NCBI GenBank assembly: GCA_002811645.1
Contig: PDIP01000083.1
Coordinates: forward strand, 96,937-160,936
Length of the DNA stretch: 64,000 nt
Direction: 5' to 3'
Source of the DNA: Corallochytrium limacisporum Hawaii
Lineage: Eukaryota > Protista > Pluriformea
Shown here: positions 22,788 to 35,358 of the stretch, in pieces
How positions within the stretch are numbered: the stretch's first letter is position 1
How the letters are laid out: each line of letters begins with the position of its first letter
Program-made: the position numbers and the translations under genes
The notes under the pieces: generated by a model
Told to the model about the DNA's origin: nothing
What the model saw: only the letters and a program-made list of their open reading frames with translations
Databases searched by the model: none

Positions 22788-23390
22788 TCAAATGGATTTG
22801 AACTTGTACTGTGCTTGACGGAGGACTTCAATCGATGAAGTGAGTGAGTCCATCGTCCTCCTGCCCATCACCATGAGTACGACAATGGAAATGGGCAGGA
22901 TAGGCATCCACATGTTGATCCATTTCTTTTCCTCCAGTTCCATGATGATCTGGGCCCAGAATATGAAGACCAGGCTGGCCAGCATGATGGACACGGCCTG
23001 GACCTGGGGCAGGCTGGTTGTGACCCGCCACTTCACGACAAAGCCGTCGATGAACATCAGCGATGCGACCACGAAGCTCAGAGCCGTGCCCATATGTACT
23101 ACTGCAATCAATTGGTGGTTTGTGTCCATCAATTCCTCGTGTATGCTCAGCTTGTGCCCAAAATAGTACGCATGTAGGCCCATCAGGCCATACAGCAGAG
23201 CAAACAGATTGCAGAGCAACCAAAAAACTACACGGCCTATGGCGTTGCCCTTTTCGTTCTGTCGTTCAAGATCCTGAATGGTTTCTTCCTGTTCGTCTTC
23301 ATCTAAGACAATATCCGCAACATCTGCATCTGTCAAGCCTTTGTTCAGGCGACGGCGCTGTTTCTGACTCACCTGGACTCCGAGACTCAT
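22788..23390 (-). CDS. Conserved hypothetical 4-TM membrane protein, 200 aa
   Basis: Acidic N-terminal helix LDEDEQEETIQDLE, about 4 hydrophobic helices, basic/aromatic C-terminus LRQAQYKFKSI; resembles an uncharacterised eukaryotic family from memory. Confidence 0.8.
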   Translation of the reverse strand: MSLGVQVSQKQRRRLNKGLTDADVADIVLDEDEQEETIQDLERQNEKGNAIGRVVFWLLCNLFALLYGLMGLHAYYFGHKLSIHEELMDTNHQLIAVVHMGTALSFVVASLMFIDGFVVKWRVTTSLPQVQAVSIMLASLVFIFWAQIIMELEEKKWINMWMPILPISIVVLMVMGRRTMDSLTSSIEVLRQAQYKFKSI

Positions 23391-24049
23391 GGTTTCACTT
23401 GGCCTCGAAGAGGCGGGTCTTGCTTTGCAGTATAATTCACGTCGTCATTCACACGCCTCTTCTTTATGCGCAAACTTTATGAACATTGTAATCGTCTATG
23501 GATGCCAACGAAGCTTGTGGACCAAACGCTTCAACCCAGCCTAAGTACCTCCGCGGGCAGTGTTTTGGCTTTTGCGCCTGCCTCGGGTCTCAGGCAGGGA
23601 CGGTAGAAGTGATCCGTGGTCCGAGCGGGCAACGGCTTCTTGCCAACCCCCCCCCCCCCTTTTTTATCTTTCTTTCTAAACTTCGAGAGACCCGCGTGGA
23701 AATTTGAGGGAGCACCTCCTCCACCCCCCGGTGGGGAGGGCCCGGGGCCCCACCACCCTACACGCACAGGGACACACACGGGTGGGTCTCATGAGGGGAG
23801 CTCTGGAAGGAACTCCGTGCAGTGTGGGCAGACAATCAGCACTTCGTTAGTTTCCATTGGGTACTTGACTGCGTGCAATTTTCATATTCATACAATTTTT
23901 TGTCAATACTAAGTAAAACAGATCATTTCTATCGGTGGAATGGGTGCGACGAAACAACGAAAACCATGTGAGGCTATGGGATTGTGTAGTTAAGCCCACG
24001 AAATATCGGCCAGAACATAGAATCCGAGACGAATTTGGCCAGGCAAACC

Positions 24050-26143
24050 ATGAAATCGACGGTGGTCAATGACGTGAAGGTGTACAACCTTGGTGCTGAA
24101 AAGCGCTTGCCCGACTGGGTCAATGAACGCAAACGCCGGCGCATGGCCAAAGAAGACTTTGACCTGCGGCAACGAATAGAACTGGTACAGGACTTCGAAA
24201 TGCCGCATGCCACCACGGACATTCAGATCAGTGGTGACGGTTCACACATTTTTGCAACGGGTACATATCCGCCGCGGGTGCGATGTTACGAACTATCACA
24301 GATGAGCATGAAATACGAACGATTCATGGACTTTGAGCCCATCAGGGTGATACCCCTCACTGAGGACTACAAAAAGTTTGTGGTATTACAGGAGAATCGA
24401 TATCTCGAATTCCATGCGCAGTATGGCAAGCACTACCGCACACGGATTCCAGCCCAGGGCCGTGATATGTGCTACGATCCGTACCATTGCAATCTGTTCC
24501 TGGCAGGTGCATCGCGGGATCTGTACAGAGTCAACCTAGAGGAAGGCCGCTTTCTGGAGCCCCTGACATCTCCGGTCCTGCCCAGGGGATCAGAGTTTAC
24601 GTGCGTAAACGTGACGCAGACGGCACCCTTTCTAACCTTTGCGGGCCTGACCTCCGGTCATGTGTGTGTATGGGACAATCGCACTCGGGATCACGTCGCC
24701 ATGCTGAACGTGCCGGATCTTCTAGGGGACGTTGCTACAAATGCGGAAATCAGCAGCGTCAAGGTCAGTCCAAATGCGCTGCACATTGCAGTTGGCACCA
24801 GCACGGGACAGGTTGCTCTCTTCGACATCCGTTCCGCAATGCCGACTATTGTAAAGGACCACCAGTACGGCTATCCGATCCATTCCATGCATTTCCACGA
24901 CACACAGACTCAATCCAACATTGTCATCAGCGCCGATCGTTCGACAGTGCGGATGTGGGACCGAGACACGGGCGAGAATTTCACATCGATCGAGAGCGAA
25001 GTCCCGATCAATCGTGTGACCCCGTATCCGAATAGCGGCTTGGTGCTGTTGGCCTGTGAGCAGCCGCGGATCATGCCATACTATATCCCTCAGCTCGGCA
25101 TGGCGCCCACCTGGTGTTCCTTCCTGGACAACCTGACGGAGGAACTAGAAGAGAAGCCTAGAGACTATGTGTTTGACGATTACAAGTTTGTGACGCGCAA
25201 GGAATTGGACGAACTGGGCCTGACTAACTTGCTAGGTACGAAGATGCTCAAAGCCTACATGCACGGTTTCTTTATGGACATGCGGTTGTACGAGAAGGCT
25301 AAGCTGGTCGCACAGCCATTCGCATACGAGGAGTACCGCCAGAAGCGTATTCAGGAGAAGTTGGACGAGGAGCGGGGACAGCGCATCCGCATCAAACAAA
25401 ACCTGCCCAAGATCAACAAGGAATACGCAAAAGTGCTGCTACGTGGGGACAAGGACGCGGCGGGCAAGAAGAAAAAGTCCAAGGAAGGTGCCGAGACCAA
25501 CCCCATGGCCGACGACCGCTTCGGTGCGTTGTTCACAAAGGAGGAGTTTGAGATCGATCCGAAGAGCGAAGAGTACCGCCGTCTGCATCCGTCAGGTGGT
25601 GACCTTAATGCCACCCTCCGATCACAGTTTGCGGAGGCCGATGTCAGTGACGGAGATGATGTGAACCCAGACATGGGACCCGACTTGGAGGACTCGCGTC
25701 GCAAGGCTGAGGAAGACAGCAGTGATGACGATGAGGACGGAGGTGACGAAGACGAGACGGAGGACGACAGCGACGACGAGGACCAAGACCGGAGACAAGG
25801 AAAAGGGAAGGCTGCCGCCAAGCTGTACGAGCTACGCGATGGCCAACAGGGCCTCACTCTGGACGCCGAGGAGTCCAAGCGACAGGCCGCGATTGCCCGT
25901 CTGCCCTTCCACCACCAGATCAAACTCACCGGCGGCGACAGGACTACTAAGGGCAGCTCAACGTCTATGCGCAGCGGTGCACTAGAAGTCACATACAATC
26001 CGAACGCGGCTAAGGAACGGAAGGAGCGCGAGGAAATGCGCAAGAGTCGCCGGCAGAACCGTGAACGGCGCACAGTGCGTGACCTTAAGCTCAAGAAGCT
26101 CAATCCACAGGGCAAATTCTGGAAGGGCCGCAAGGTGGGCTAG
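24050..26143 (+). CDS. NOL10: Nucleolar protein 10 / Enp2 (WD40 plus NUC153; 40S biogenesis)
   Basis: ATG at 24050 (track start is TTG); NDVKVYNL, RIELVQDFEMP, ATGTYPPRVRCYEL, LGMAPTWCSFLDNLTEELEE, AYMHGFFMD, NUC153 DDRFGALF..EFEIDPKSEEY. Confidence 0.96.
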   Translation: MKSTVVNDVKVYNLGAEKRLPDWVNERKRRRMAKEDFDLRQRIELVQDFEMPHATTDIQISGDGSHIFATGTYPPRVRCYELSQMSMKYERFMDFEPIRVIPLTEDYKKFVVLQENRYLEFHAQYGKHYRTRIPAQGRDMCYDPYHCNLFLAGASRDLYRVNLEEGRFLEPLTSPVLPRGSEFTCVNVTQTAPFLTFAGLTSGHVCVWDNRTRDHVAMLNVPDLLGDVATNAEISSVKVSPNALHIAVGTSTGQVALFDIRSAMPTIVKDHQYGYPIHSMHFHDTQTQSNIVISADRSTVRMWDRDTGENFTSIESEVPINRVTPYPNSGLVLLACEQPRIMPYYIPQLGMAPTWCSFLDNLTEELEEKPRDYVFDDYKFVTRKELDELGLTNLLGTKMLKAYMHGFFMDMRLYEKAKLVAQPFAYEEYRQKRIQEKLDEERGQRIRIKQNLPKINKEYAKVLLRGDKDAAGKKKKSKEGAETNPMADDRFGALFTKEEFEIDPKSEEYRRLHPSGGDLNATLRSQFAEADVSDGDDVNPDMGPDLEDSRRKAEEDSSDDDEDGGDEDETEDDSDDEDQDRRQGKGKAAAKLYELRDGQQGLTLDAEESKRQAAIARLPFHHQIKLTGGDRTTKGSSTSMRSGALEVTYNPNAAKERKEREEMRKSRRQNRERRTVRDLKLKKLNPQGKFWKGRKVG

Positions 26144-28180
26144 CGAGAACTGGCCATGGACTCTCATTCCTAGATAACAACGACACTTAAAGTATTCGTA
26201 TGATCGTTTTCTGTTACGCATTTTCCAACCACCATACCATACCGGTATACCAGACAGGCCTAGAAAACACATCCGTCTTCAGGCCGCATTATATGAAACT
26301 ATGTCCATTTCGCCGCCACATGGGCGGCCGCACACGCCGGCAGATTACAAAAAGAGATAGCATACCTAGCCCTACGGACCCCCCTTCACCAGAGACGATA
26401 TATATGTTCATATAACGTATGGCCCCAACCAGTATTTCCGTTTCCTTTGGATGGTTGGCCGTACCGGAAAAGCTCCATTTGGCAGGTAATCTGCCCACTT
26501 TACCTGAACGAGCGCCTAGGTCTGGTTGGTCCGGACACCTATACCACCAGCGGAAGATTAAGAAAAAAAAAAATTTGAGCAGAATCCATTGATTGTGAGC
26601 CTGATAGAATGTTTTGGGAGACAAGGTGAACGCTATTAGGTGGTTTGGCGGTGTTTTGCAAGTGCAGTGTTGGGCTCTTTCCGTCGGTTGTGAAGGACTT
26701 CCGGATCGTTTGCGCGCACACGCACAAAGTGACACGCAGACAGACACACTCGAAGAGGGGAGAAATCTGTTCTGGCCGAGCAACCGTCAGGGAACTGCAG
26801 GGATCCATCGCACCCAACGACACCGGTCTGAGCAAGATGCCATCAAACTTCAGTGTTATGTTACACAACTGTGTGGGTCAATCATCGGGTTTTCGTCTGT
26901 TAGCGGGTCTCTCGTGGAAAGAACTGTTGTCGCGGCAGACGGGGATGAAGCCACCGCTCAACATCCACTCATCGACATCCAATCATCGACACCCAAGTAA
27001 ACAAGCAACCAACAGTCAGTATTGTGATGATGGTAGTGATGTGATGTGATCTTGAACGATCATGGTGAATGAGATGCGCAGTGGGAGGAAGCACCAGAAG
27101 GAGCTTGCTGAGACGGAGAGAAACAACAGTGCCCGTTTGTGCCTATAGTAATCGTTCGAGGAGGGCGAGCCACCCAGACATGCCGCTGATGTACGCTGTT
27201 GATAGTGGGGGATAGGCGAGCTTTTCGGAAAGTGCGCAATAGTGTGGGACAGAGATAGAAGGATAAGATTTGTGGAAATTGAGCGAGGGTGAGCATCCGA
27301 AGGGGTGCAACCGTCGGATAAGCGCAGAGACACCGTAGTAAGGAACGAAAGTCGCGTCGATGAATTCGTTACGGCGATGTGCTTGGGGGGTGTTCATTGG
27401 CCTCCCGTGTTTGTGCCTGTGTGGGTTGGGATTGGCCTTGTATTCCAGGAAGCAATACGCGACCGCAACGATGAGGCATAGGAGGACATCTCCGTTCTGG
27501 GTGGCTTCAGATCAAAGTGCGCACATGTCGGAGAGAATTGGGACGGAAGAGGAACCCCGAAGAGGAAGTGTCCCTTTTGGCTCGGTGGTGTGGCAGCAAG
27601 CCAGTGGTGCTCGCCAATTCTGCGGAGCTTGCATAATGGCCTTCGTATGGCCACCCATCCAAGTCTTGGCCTTTGTATGCATACCTTTTGTGACCCTGGT
27701 TAAGGTAAACCGCATCATGCCAGACAGTACAGAATAAGTGGAAAGGAGAAGGAATAAAGTGGAACATGCCGAAGCGACCATGCCCATGAGGTGATGCTGA
27801 TGTGGTCTTCTGCTCAGGTTGTGCAGAAACTCAAGCAACGAAGGAAAGTGGTCGACCACACCAACTCTTTCTAAATCGCCGCCAAAGCGACCAACGGATT
27901 TAGTTTAGCCATTCATCCGCCCCCAAGCCAAACCGGACAGTTGGATGATCCGCCGAAACAAACAACACACACCAAGCCGGGGAACGATCATACAGGCAAG
28001 AGTCGCGGACGATGAGGACGTAAAACGGCGCTCACCCAGGCACAACAATAGGGGGTGCAAAACACAGACCGAGTACACGGACAGCGACCACCGGAGTGCG
28101 AAGCAACAGTCACCGGTGAAGACGCAGACCACGACCGAAGACACAAGAACACCATGCTCGCCACAGAGAATAAGGATGTG

Positions 28181-28197
28181 GATATATATATATATAT
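28181..28197. repeat. Short (AT)n microsatellite
   Basis: gatatatatatatatat read directly. Confidence 0.85.
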
Positions 28198-29409
28198 GTA
28201 ACTAATGTCATTGCGTGAGTTCCGAACCCGACCTGACGAAGCTCCGACTTTCGCACCGCTCCCGTTCGGGGGTCTCTCTGTGTTTCAACCATCGCACCAC
28301 CATGCCCTCCGGTCGCACCACTCCCTCTCCCCATTTTTGACTTTGCGCCTATCCCAAAATTCAGTACTTAATGAACTACAAATTTTCGCATCAATTTTTG
28401 AAACTCTTCCTCTCTCTCTCTCTCTTGTTCCCGGCCGTCTGGGCATTGGAGTGCGAAGGAATGCGGTATTTACGCTGACGCCGCCTAAAAATTGTTTGTC
28501 GGAGAGGTCGAGCTCAGGATCAGTCAACGGCGTTGCATACTGAAATAATTACTCCAGAATCTTAGAAGGCGCTGTTGGTGGCCCGCTTGTGGTGGTGGAT
28601 GGGGTGGTGGACCTGGGCGAGCTTTAGGGGGTATGGCTTGCGAAACCGACGCCTGGTGAGTCTGGCCATACCCTAGCGATTGTTGTTGTCTCTCTTTGAC
28701 CCACGTCCCGCCCTCGCCTTACCCTTCGCACATGGACATGAACATGCTTAATACATAGTCCCCGTACGTAATCGAAGCGAGAGCATGATGTCTGGTGACC
28801 GTTCAGCTGCAATTTTACGGACACAGTCACCACACCCGACGGAGGCCAGGCTGTGGTGCATCGGGTCTCGCCTGCGACATGCTCGTCATTGACACGTCCC
28901 CACTTTTTTGGTTGTCTTGTCCGCCGGTCCGACTGCTTGTCTGTCGTCTGTCCTATGCGGAATTCTAACGCTGCACTACAACACGGTAGCTGTGTGCGCT
29001 AGAAGTTGGTACCTCACCGAAAGACACGGTTGGGCAGACACGTACCCTTTAACGTCCCCGAATATGACTGTATGTCATCCATCACAAGACGAATGTCTTG
29101 GGTGTCCGTATCAGAGGTGTGCTCATATTCTTCCCAAGGAATGAAGCACCTGCAATTCTTGACAGGGCCCGAACCGGGCCGCCGCCATTGACCCGCCGCC
29201 ATTGAGCCTCTTCCCGCTCCTGTTGGCTCACAGAAGTCTCGTGGGGTCTCTGTGCTCACTGCTCTTGGTCGCGGTATGCGTTCGGATGTATTCCGGGAGC
29301 GGTGTCAGCTGTAACGAGAGCGGAGCTTGCACAAGCCGGGAGCCCTGTGCCGACAGGGGCTAGCGAATTTAAGCGCACGCACCGACCGTCACCGACCCAC
29401 CCACACAAC

Positions 29410-29427
29410 CACACACACACACACACA
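29410..29427. repeat. Short (CA)n microsatellite
   Basis: cacacacacacacacaca read directly. Confidence 0.85.
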
Positions 29428-31059
29428 GAGACATCAGCAGCTCTTGGTTCCCGCTTGGGGCATGCACCCCGCTTTGCGCTTGCGTCGCCCCCTTCATAAA
29501 TCTTTATGAGTATGCTGTGCATAGTGGGCACAACTCTCATTAATTTGACTGTGGCTGCGCTGTGGTGGGTGTGTTGTTCGGGTGAGAGAGCTCCGGGTAC
29601 ACACTTTTTTTTTTGTTTGTTTCGTATCCCACGAGGCATCCTTGCGCCACAGTGGCCCGTGGTTACTGCCAGCACTCTTGCCTTTCTGCAGTACATTTAA
29701 TATAAGAAATTGCTTCGCAGAGTTCTAAGCGGCCAGGTGCGGGTGTTGAAACACAGAAATGAAACAAGTCCCCCAAGCAAGCGGAGGGAAAATATTTGTA
29801 GGGCACGATTACTAAATGGTAGGACTTCCCATCAATACTGAATGCATGGTTGTTCCGCAATGCCTAAGACAAATAGATTTTTGCTCTTTTTGGTGAGTTC
29901 TGAAGAAAGGGGTTGATTACCCACCGGAGGCTAGGGGAAGCGCGCGTCCGTCTCCGAACGACTCGTTTTTGTGTTGGTTTTTCCCCTTCAGATCTCCAAA
30001 CGGTCTTAAGGGGGTGATCCACTCTGAATCCGCAGCAAATGTATGGGAGTGGCTGGCCATGGCGTTTGATGCGCAAGTTCACTTCATGCTGCTGCTAGAA
30101 CGTTAGGATGATCACACCATGCATACGCGCAAGCATATTCTTGTAAGGACAACATCTTGCCTGCGGCAAAATACACACGCGCGTGTGCACGAATCGTTTT
30201 GTACGGATCATGATCCTCCATCTTGACAAGTGCCGGAAAGCTTACAAACAACCAGTGAGCGATCGGAATGCGAGGGCTCATCGTCGACCACCCACAAACG
30301 AACATTATTTCAACAGCAGAATAGCTTCAGAGAGCACCCAGTAAACAATTCGCCCCGTGACCTTTTTGGATGCCGGACCCCGTTCTGATACACTGTGGAT
30401 GAAGACTAATGAAGCGGTTTTTGATGATAGATGGGGACGGCTTGGACGGTGAGGTGTTCTGGACTGCGTAGCATACATTTATTACTGGTTTCATGCAGCT
30501 AGATCGACGATTCGACAGAAACCGCGAGGGGTGCAACAGACGCATCTCTCCCCTCCGCACTTTTTTTCTTCTGTGCCCTGTTGCACTCCTGCTCTCTTGG
30601 TGCGTGGATAAAACTCTCCCTCCCTGGCCTTTTGCCGGTCTCCTACTGGCTCCCACTGTTCCCAATTTGTCCCGAGACTCTCCAGAATTTTGGCTAACGT
30701 TCACTATAAAACTCGTCTTCATCCGACGGGTTCTCCACCTCTGCCTTCCCAGGGCTTATGTCACCTGCCATCGCCCCACCGTCGAATCTCCACCACCAAA
30801 AAAGAAAATCTCGGCCGAGGCTTAGAGAGTGCCCCCAGTGAAGAAGAATAGAAAAACGATCGTGCTCGGCCTCTAGCCATGCTGTTGCCTCCTTTTGGCA
30901 AGTCTTTACCAAATCGACTCCCTTTTGGTTACCACCCATCAGTACATTTAGTATGCATTGGCAGGTGTGGCGGGAGACCAGAGGAGGGTTACAGTTGCGG
31001 GGCCGGGAGGAGGAACGAGAGAGGGAAGGTGCAGGATTTTCAAGGCGGTGATGGAGAAA

Positions 31060-33250
31060 GAAGGGGGGGGGGGGCACCCAAAGAAAATCGATCGATTGCA
31101 TTTTAGCCAAAAAAGAAAGAAAAAATGAAACCTTCTTTGCTAAAACAAAAAAAAAAAGAAAGAAGCAGACACCTGATGTTTTATTAGAAAATTTTCAGTA
31201 CCACCGGGAGGGGGTGTTTGGAGGGAAGGTGGGAAAGGTCGGCCCGAAATCAAAAATAAAAAAATGAAGAAAGTACTTACATTTCACCCTCAATAATGAA
31301 GGAACACTAAGAAACGTTCTCTTGTCTTTTTTGTTTCTAATCAAGACACTACCGATGCTGCAAACACAAAAAGAAAAGACCAGATATTTCTTATGCTTTG
31401 TGAAGAACGGGAGTATTTTGTGTGAGAGAAATTCAATGTATTTTTGCTAGTGCGGTCGGATGCGTGGGTAGCGGTGAGATTCACGTGCCCTCCTCACCAC
31501 CATCGTCGGGCAGTCAAAGGCGACGGAAGCTGACGGATCCGAAGAACTATTCAGCAGCGCTGGGGGTATGCGCAAAAAAGGGGAAGCCAAGAGAAAAAAA
31601 AAGAAAAAAGAGATGAAAAAAATTAGAGGACTGTGTGTTACTCTCTCACTCTTGTCGCCCATCCGGTCAAAAATGGCCGTTAATTTTCAGCTACGATCCC
31701 CGTCTCCACGCTCAAGGACAGTACTCTCACTATGGTCATGGCCGTCTGGTGTGATCGATTCACGCGGGCATTATTTGGTTGTGGCGTATGGGCAGATGGG
31801 GTCCTGAACCACAGCAGCCGATGAAGAATTGCTGCAAATTTCTATGAAAACATATTGCCGAAAACCGTCATTCTGTGCCCATTTCTAAGTGTGGTTCGCC
31901 TCCCCTCTCTCTCTCTCTTGCATCTACCACGACGCAACCGACACATTGCTTGCCCTGCCGAATTTTTATTAAGTACATTTGCTATACGGCTTTCACAGAT
32001 CTTGCTCATCGCACTACAAATACTCATATCTTCTAAGGTTTGTTACTTTTTTTTCTATTTCTTCTCTCTCGCAACCAATTTCGTTGCTATTTCATTCTTC
32101 CCAGAGTCTCGACGCTTTCTTTGATCTCTCCCTCCCTCCCTCACCATGTTTTGCCATTTTTTCTTTCCTTTCGCTTTTTTTTTTGTTCTTTGCTTTAAAC
32201 CCCCCCCCCCAAAAGAGACTCGCAACTGAGCAAAAGGACCGCGCCGCCGCCGGGCTCTACCCTCCCAACCCGGCGGTCTCCCGCGGCGGGGGAGACGAGG
32301 GGGGAAGGAACTTGCACCTTGCCCTGCCCGGGCTTAGGGAGGGTTTGTACGTGCCAGAGTGAGAGAGAGGGGCGAGGAAAGAATGGCGGTGGGCGGGGGA
32401 GGCTGGCCCTGCGCAACCGGGAGACCGAGGCGGGTGCCCCCCCCCCAAAAGAGAAGAACAAAAAGCAAGAAAAAAAGGGGAAAAATTAAAGGAAGAAAAA
32501 TGCGGAGACAGGAAACGCCGCGGGGAAGCAAGGAAAAAGAAAAAAAGTAAAGATGGGAGAAGGAGAGTGAGACCTAAAGAATATCTTCCCCCCTTTCTTT
32601 CACTACCACTGTAGATTTGGGGAGGGGGGGAGGGGAGAGAGAAGAGGGAGCGAGAGAGAGCAAGCACTGGCGGGTTTGGCTTGCGCAACCAAAACGTACG
32701 TGGAGACGGGAAGACTTGCGAAAGAAACACAGCCAGAATTCCTCCGCGCCGGGGCGGAGGGTGTGGGGAGTGGAAGCGGAGGGGGGAGGGGGGAGATCGG
32801 GGTTCTCGGAGTATTCTTAAGAGGGAGTGGGGGAGAGCAGAAGGGAAACTAAGGGAAAGAAAAAAGGGGGAGGGCAAGCGAAGGGCAATGGGGCACGGGA
32901 GCCCCAGGTAGGCAGCGAGTGAGCCAATAACAAAAAAAAATAGAGAAAACGCAAAACTACAAGAAAAAGAAAAAAAAAGACAAAAGAAAAAACGGGCAGG
33001 AGGGGGAGGCTTCTGAAAGAAGGAATTAACAAAAAAAAGAATGGGACTCCATGGCGAAAATCAAAAACCCGGAAAAACTGAAGAAAAGTTGAATCTCACT
33101 CGCTCGGCCGGCCATTCGTATGTGGTTTGAGAATGGTGCCATGTGACGAGGTGGGATCACCCCAGCGGCGCAGGGAAGGTGCCGCTGGGGGGGGGGGTTT
33201 TGCTGAGGTTTTTGGAATGCAAAGGAAAAAAATGGAGCGGGGAAGCGTGA
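31060..33250. repeat. Low-complexity homopolymer-rich tract with alternating purine and pyrimidine skew
   Basis: Dense A/G runs (31060-31270, 32290-33100) and T/C runs (32030-32210); no credible ORF. Confidence 0.75.
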
Positions 33251-34916
33251 ACCGTGGTTGAAAATGGAACACATGGTGGATCCAGGTGAGCAAAGTGGGT
33301 AGGCGGAGGCGTTTGACGGGATACTGGCCGGGAACAGGCCAGAGTATGGATAACGATGGCATCAACCCGCAAATCGATACGGGCAGCAGCATCCGGCACC
33401 ATACAAACGGAACAGGCCAGGCATACAGAATCCGCCACCCAGAGAGACATCGGAAGGCAGTATCGTGCTCCCTTTTCTTGATCATCTCTTGTATGTCAAC
33501 GGAAAGCTGACCAGAGAGGCCTTTACCGGAGCATGGTCCACTAACATGTTCAGCTCAGCGCAGTGGGAGGAAGAGAGAGATAATGATCGGTGGAGCATGC
33601 TACCTTGGGAAAGACAAGCGGGTATCCGAAAACGAATGTGGCTACGAATGGTGCCTACATGTGAATGAATGAGCTTACGGAGGAATTGCTTAGGTACGAC
33701 AATGAGATGATGATGGGCACAGCATGCAGTGATCGATCTGATATATTCACGTCGAAACAGGCGCTCTTAGCTATTAAAACAGTGTGAAGGGCTGTGTATT
33801 GAGTCATCTGCGGATGGTGCAGTCAGATGCCTTTTCTCATATTTGGATGCAGTTCAAGCAAATACCGGGCCCATCTTTCGAAGCAGCTAGAGTTCCTAGC
33901 GTGAGTCACCATACAACTGTACACACTCGCATTCGACATACTTCGGAGCTGCCACAGGCTGCTTGGACACGTCTGCTAGGAAGAATGAGTTGCATTGTTT
34001 AAAAGAGCCCCTGTGCGATCAACGACGTTGGGGGATCTAAGACGTCTCTTCGCTGTGAAAACAGGCAGCTTAGCCATTTTGTGGCCTAGGAGCCGATACC
34101 GCTTTGGACCATCGATCTGACGGACACCAGGCAGTTTATTGAGATTCCTGAGTCCTGTATAGGGTGTCCTCCACTGCATGTGTGTGTTGTTCTATCAGGT
34201 GCCACTGCTCCCAACAAGGATGCGCATTGACTCTGGAGGAGAAACAAAAAGTGTCACAAGGGGGTGCGGTCCCCATTGTCTCAGTGGTACGGTACGACGG
34301 GCCTGACCAGCAAGGGAGTTGCTCCTTTGCAGGCAGCGTTATGATGGAAAACCTCAGGGGCCCAGTGACCCCATGACATACTCCATCGTTCTCAATACTC
34401 CCCTGCGCCACACAGCTCCGAAGCCCTCCCCGCCAACGCCGCGGGGCTTTCGGGTTCGAAGGCTTGGGGCAAGTGGTCGGGCTGGGTGCCAGGAGGAGGC
34501 TTGGAAGGAAAAGAAAAAAGAAAATTGGAGAGGCAGGGAGAGGCCGCGAGCAGGAATTGGAAACAGTCACAGTTCCTTTCACTCTGCCCGGCAATGAAAT
34601 GGATCCGCGACGAAGAAGAAAGGGAAGCGGGATTCCCTACTGTCTTCCCAAGGCCTCTAATCCCTAAATTTTCTAAGGCTCCAGCAAAATAGACTCCCAT
34701 TTTAGATCGGTTCCTGGAATTACAAAAATGAGGGCTTCAGTTTATTTGAAATACGGGGACAGTTCGGTGGGGCTCTTGTCAATGCGACTGTGTGTCGGCC
34801 GGTGCCCTGCTTTCTGCTTATCAACGCTATCCGCTCACCTTCCCCTTTCTCTCGCTTAGGTTCCAAGTCCCCCGTTTCGGGTTCTTGACCGTGGCAGTGG
34901 CTATTGCAGGTGGATC

Positions 34917-34936
34917 GGGAGGGAGGAGGGTTAGGG
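34917..34936 (+). promoter_or_regulatory. Canonical G-quadruplex motif ~420 bp upstream of SSNA1
   Basis: GGG-A-GGG-AGGA-GGG-TTA-GGG fits the G3N1-7 x4 pattern; function is inferred only. Confidence 0.4.
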
Positions 34937-35358
34937 CGGTCACAGATTTGGCGCGCTTCTCCGGGCCGCTGGCCGTTGCGTTTAAGAGCTAGAAAGTCGG
35001 GAGCATTGGTCGCAGGAAAGTGATGCAAGTCCTATCAGGCAGAATGCGAAAGTGTTTGGCCATTGAACACATCCCGTAGACACGCAATAAACAGGAAAAT
35101 AGAGGGGAACAAACCTTAGCTACATCAAGAACACATATCGCGTACCAAGTTGAGGAATCTCGAGAGATGTATAGCCAAGCTTGTAGTGACGATTTTACCG
35201 GAAGCGGGAGCGATTCATAGCGTACTAGAACGCACAGTAGTGTTTCACAGAAAACACGACACGGGGACCAATGCATATCCACCTGGAAAGCACAGACGGC
35301 CTCAGAAAATACAAAAACAACATTAGATTCTTACAGAACCCACAGGACAAAGAAAACC

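Noticed and set aside
25351-26133. 260 aa Ser-rich minus-strand ORF
   Set aside because: Antisense shadow of the acidic NOL10 C-terminus.
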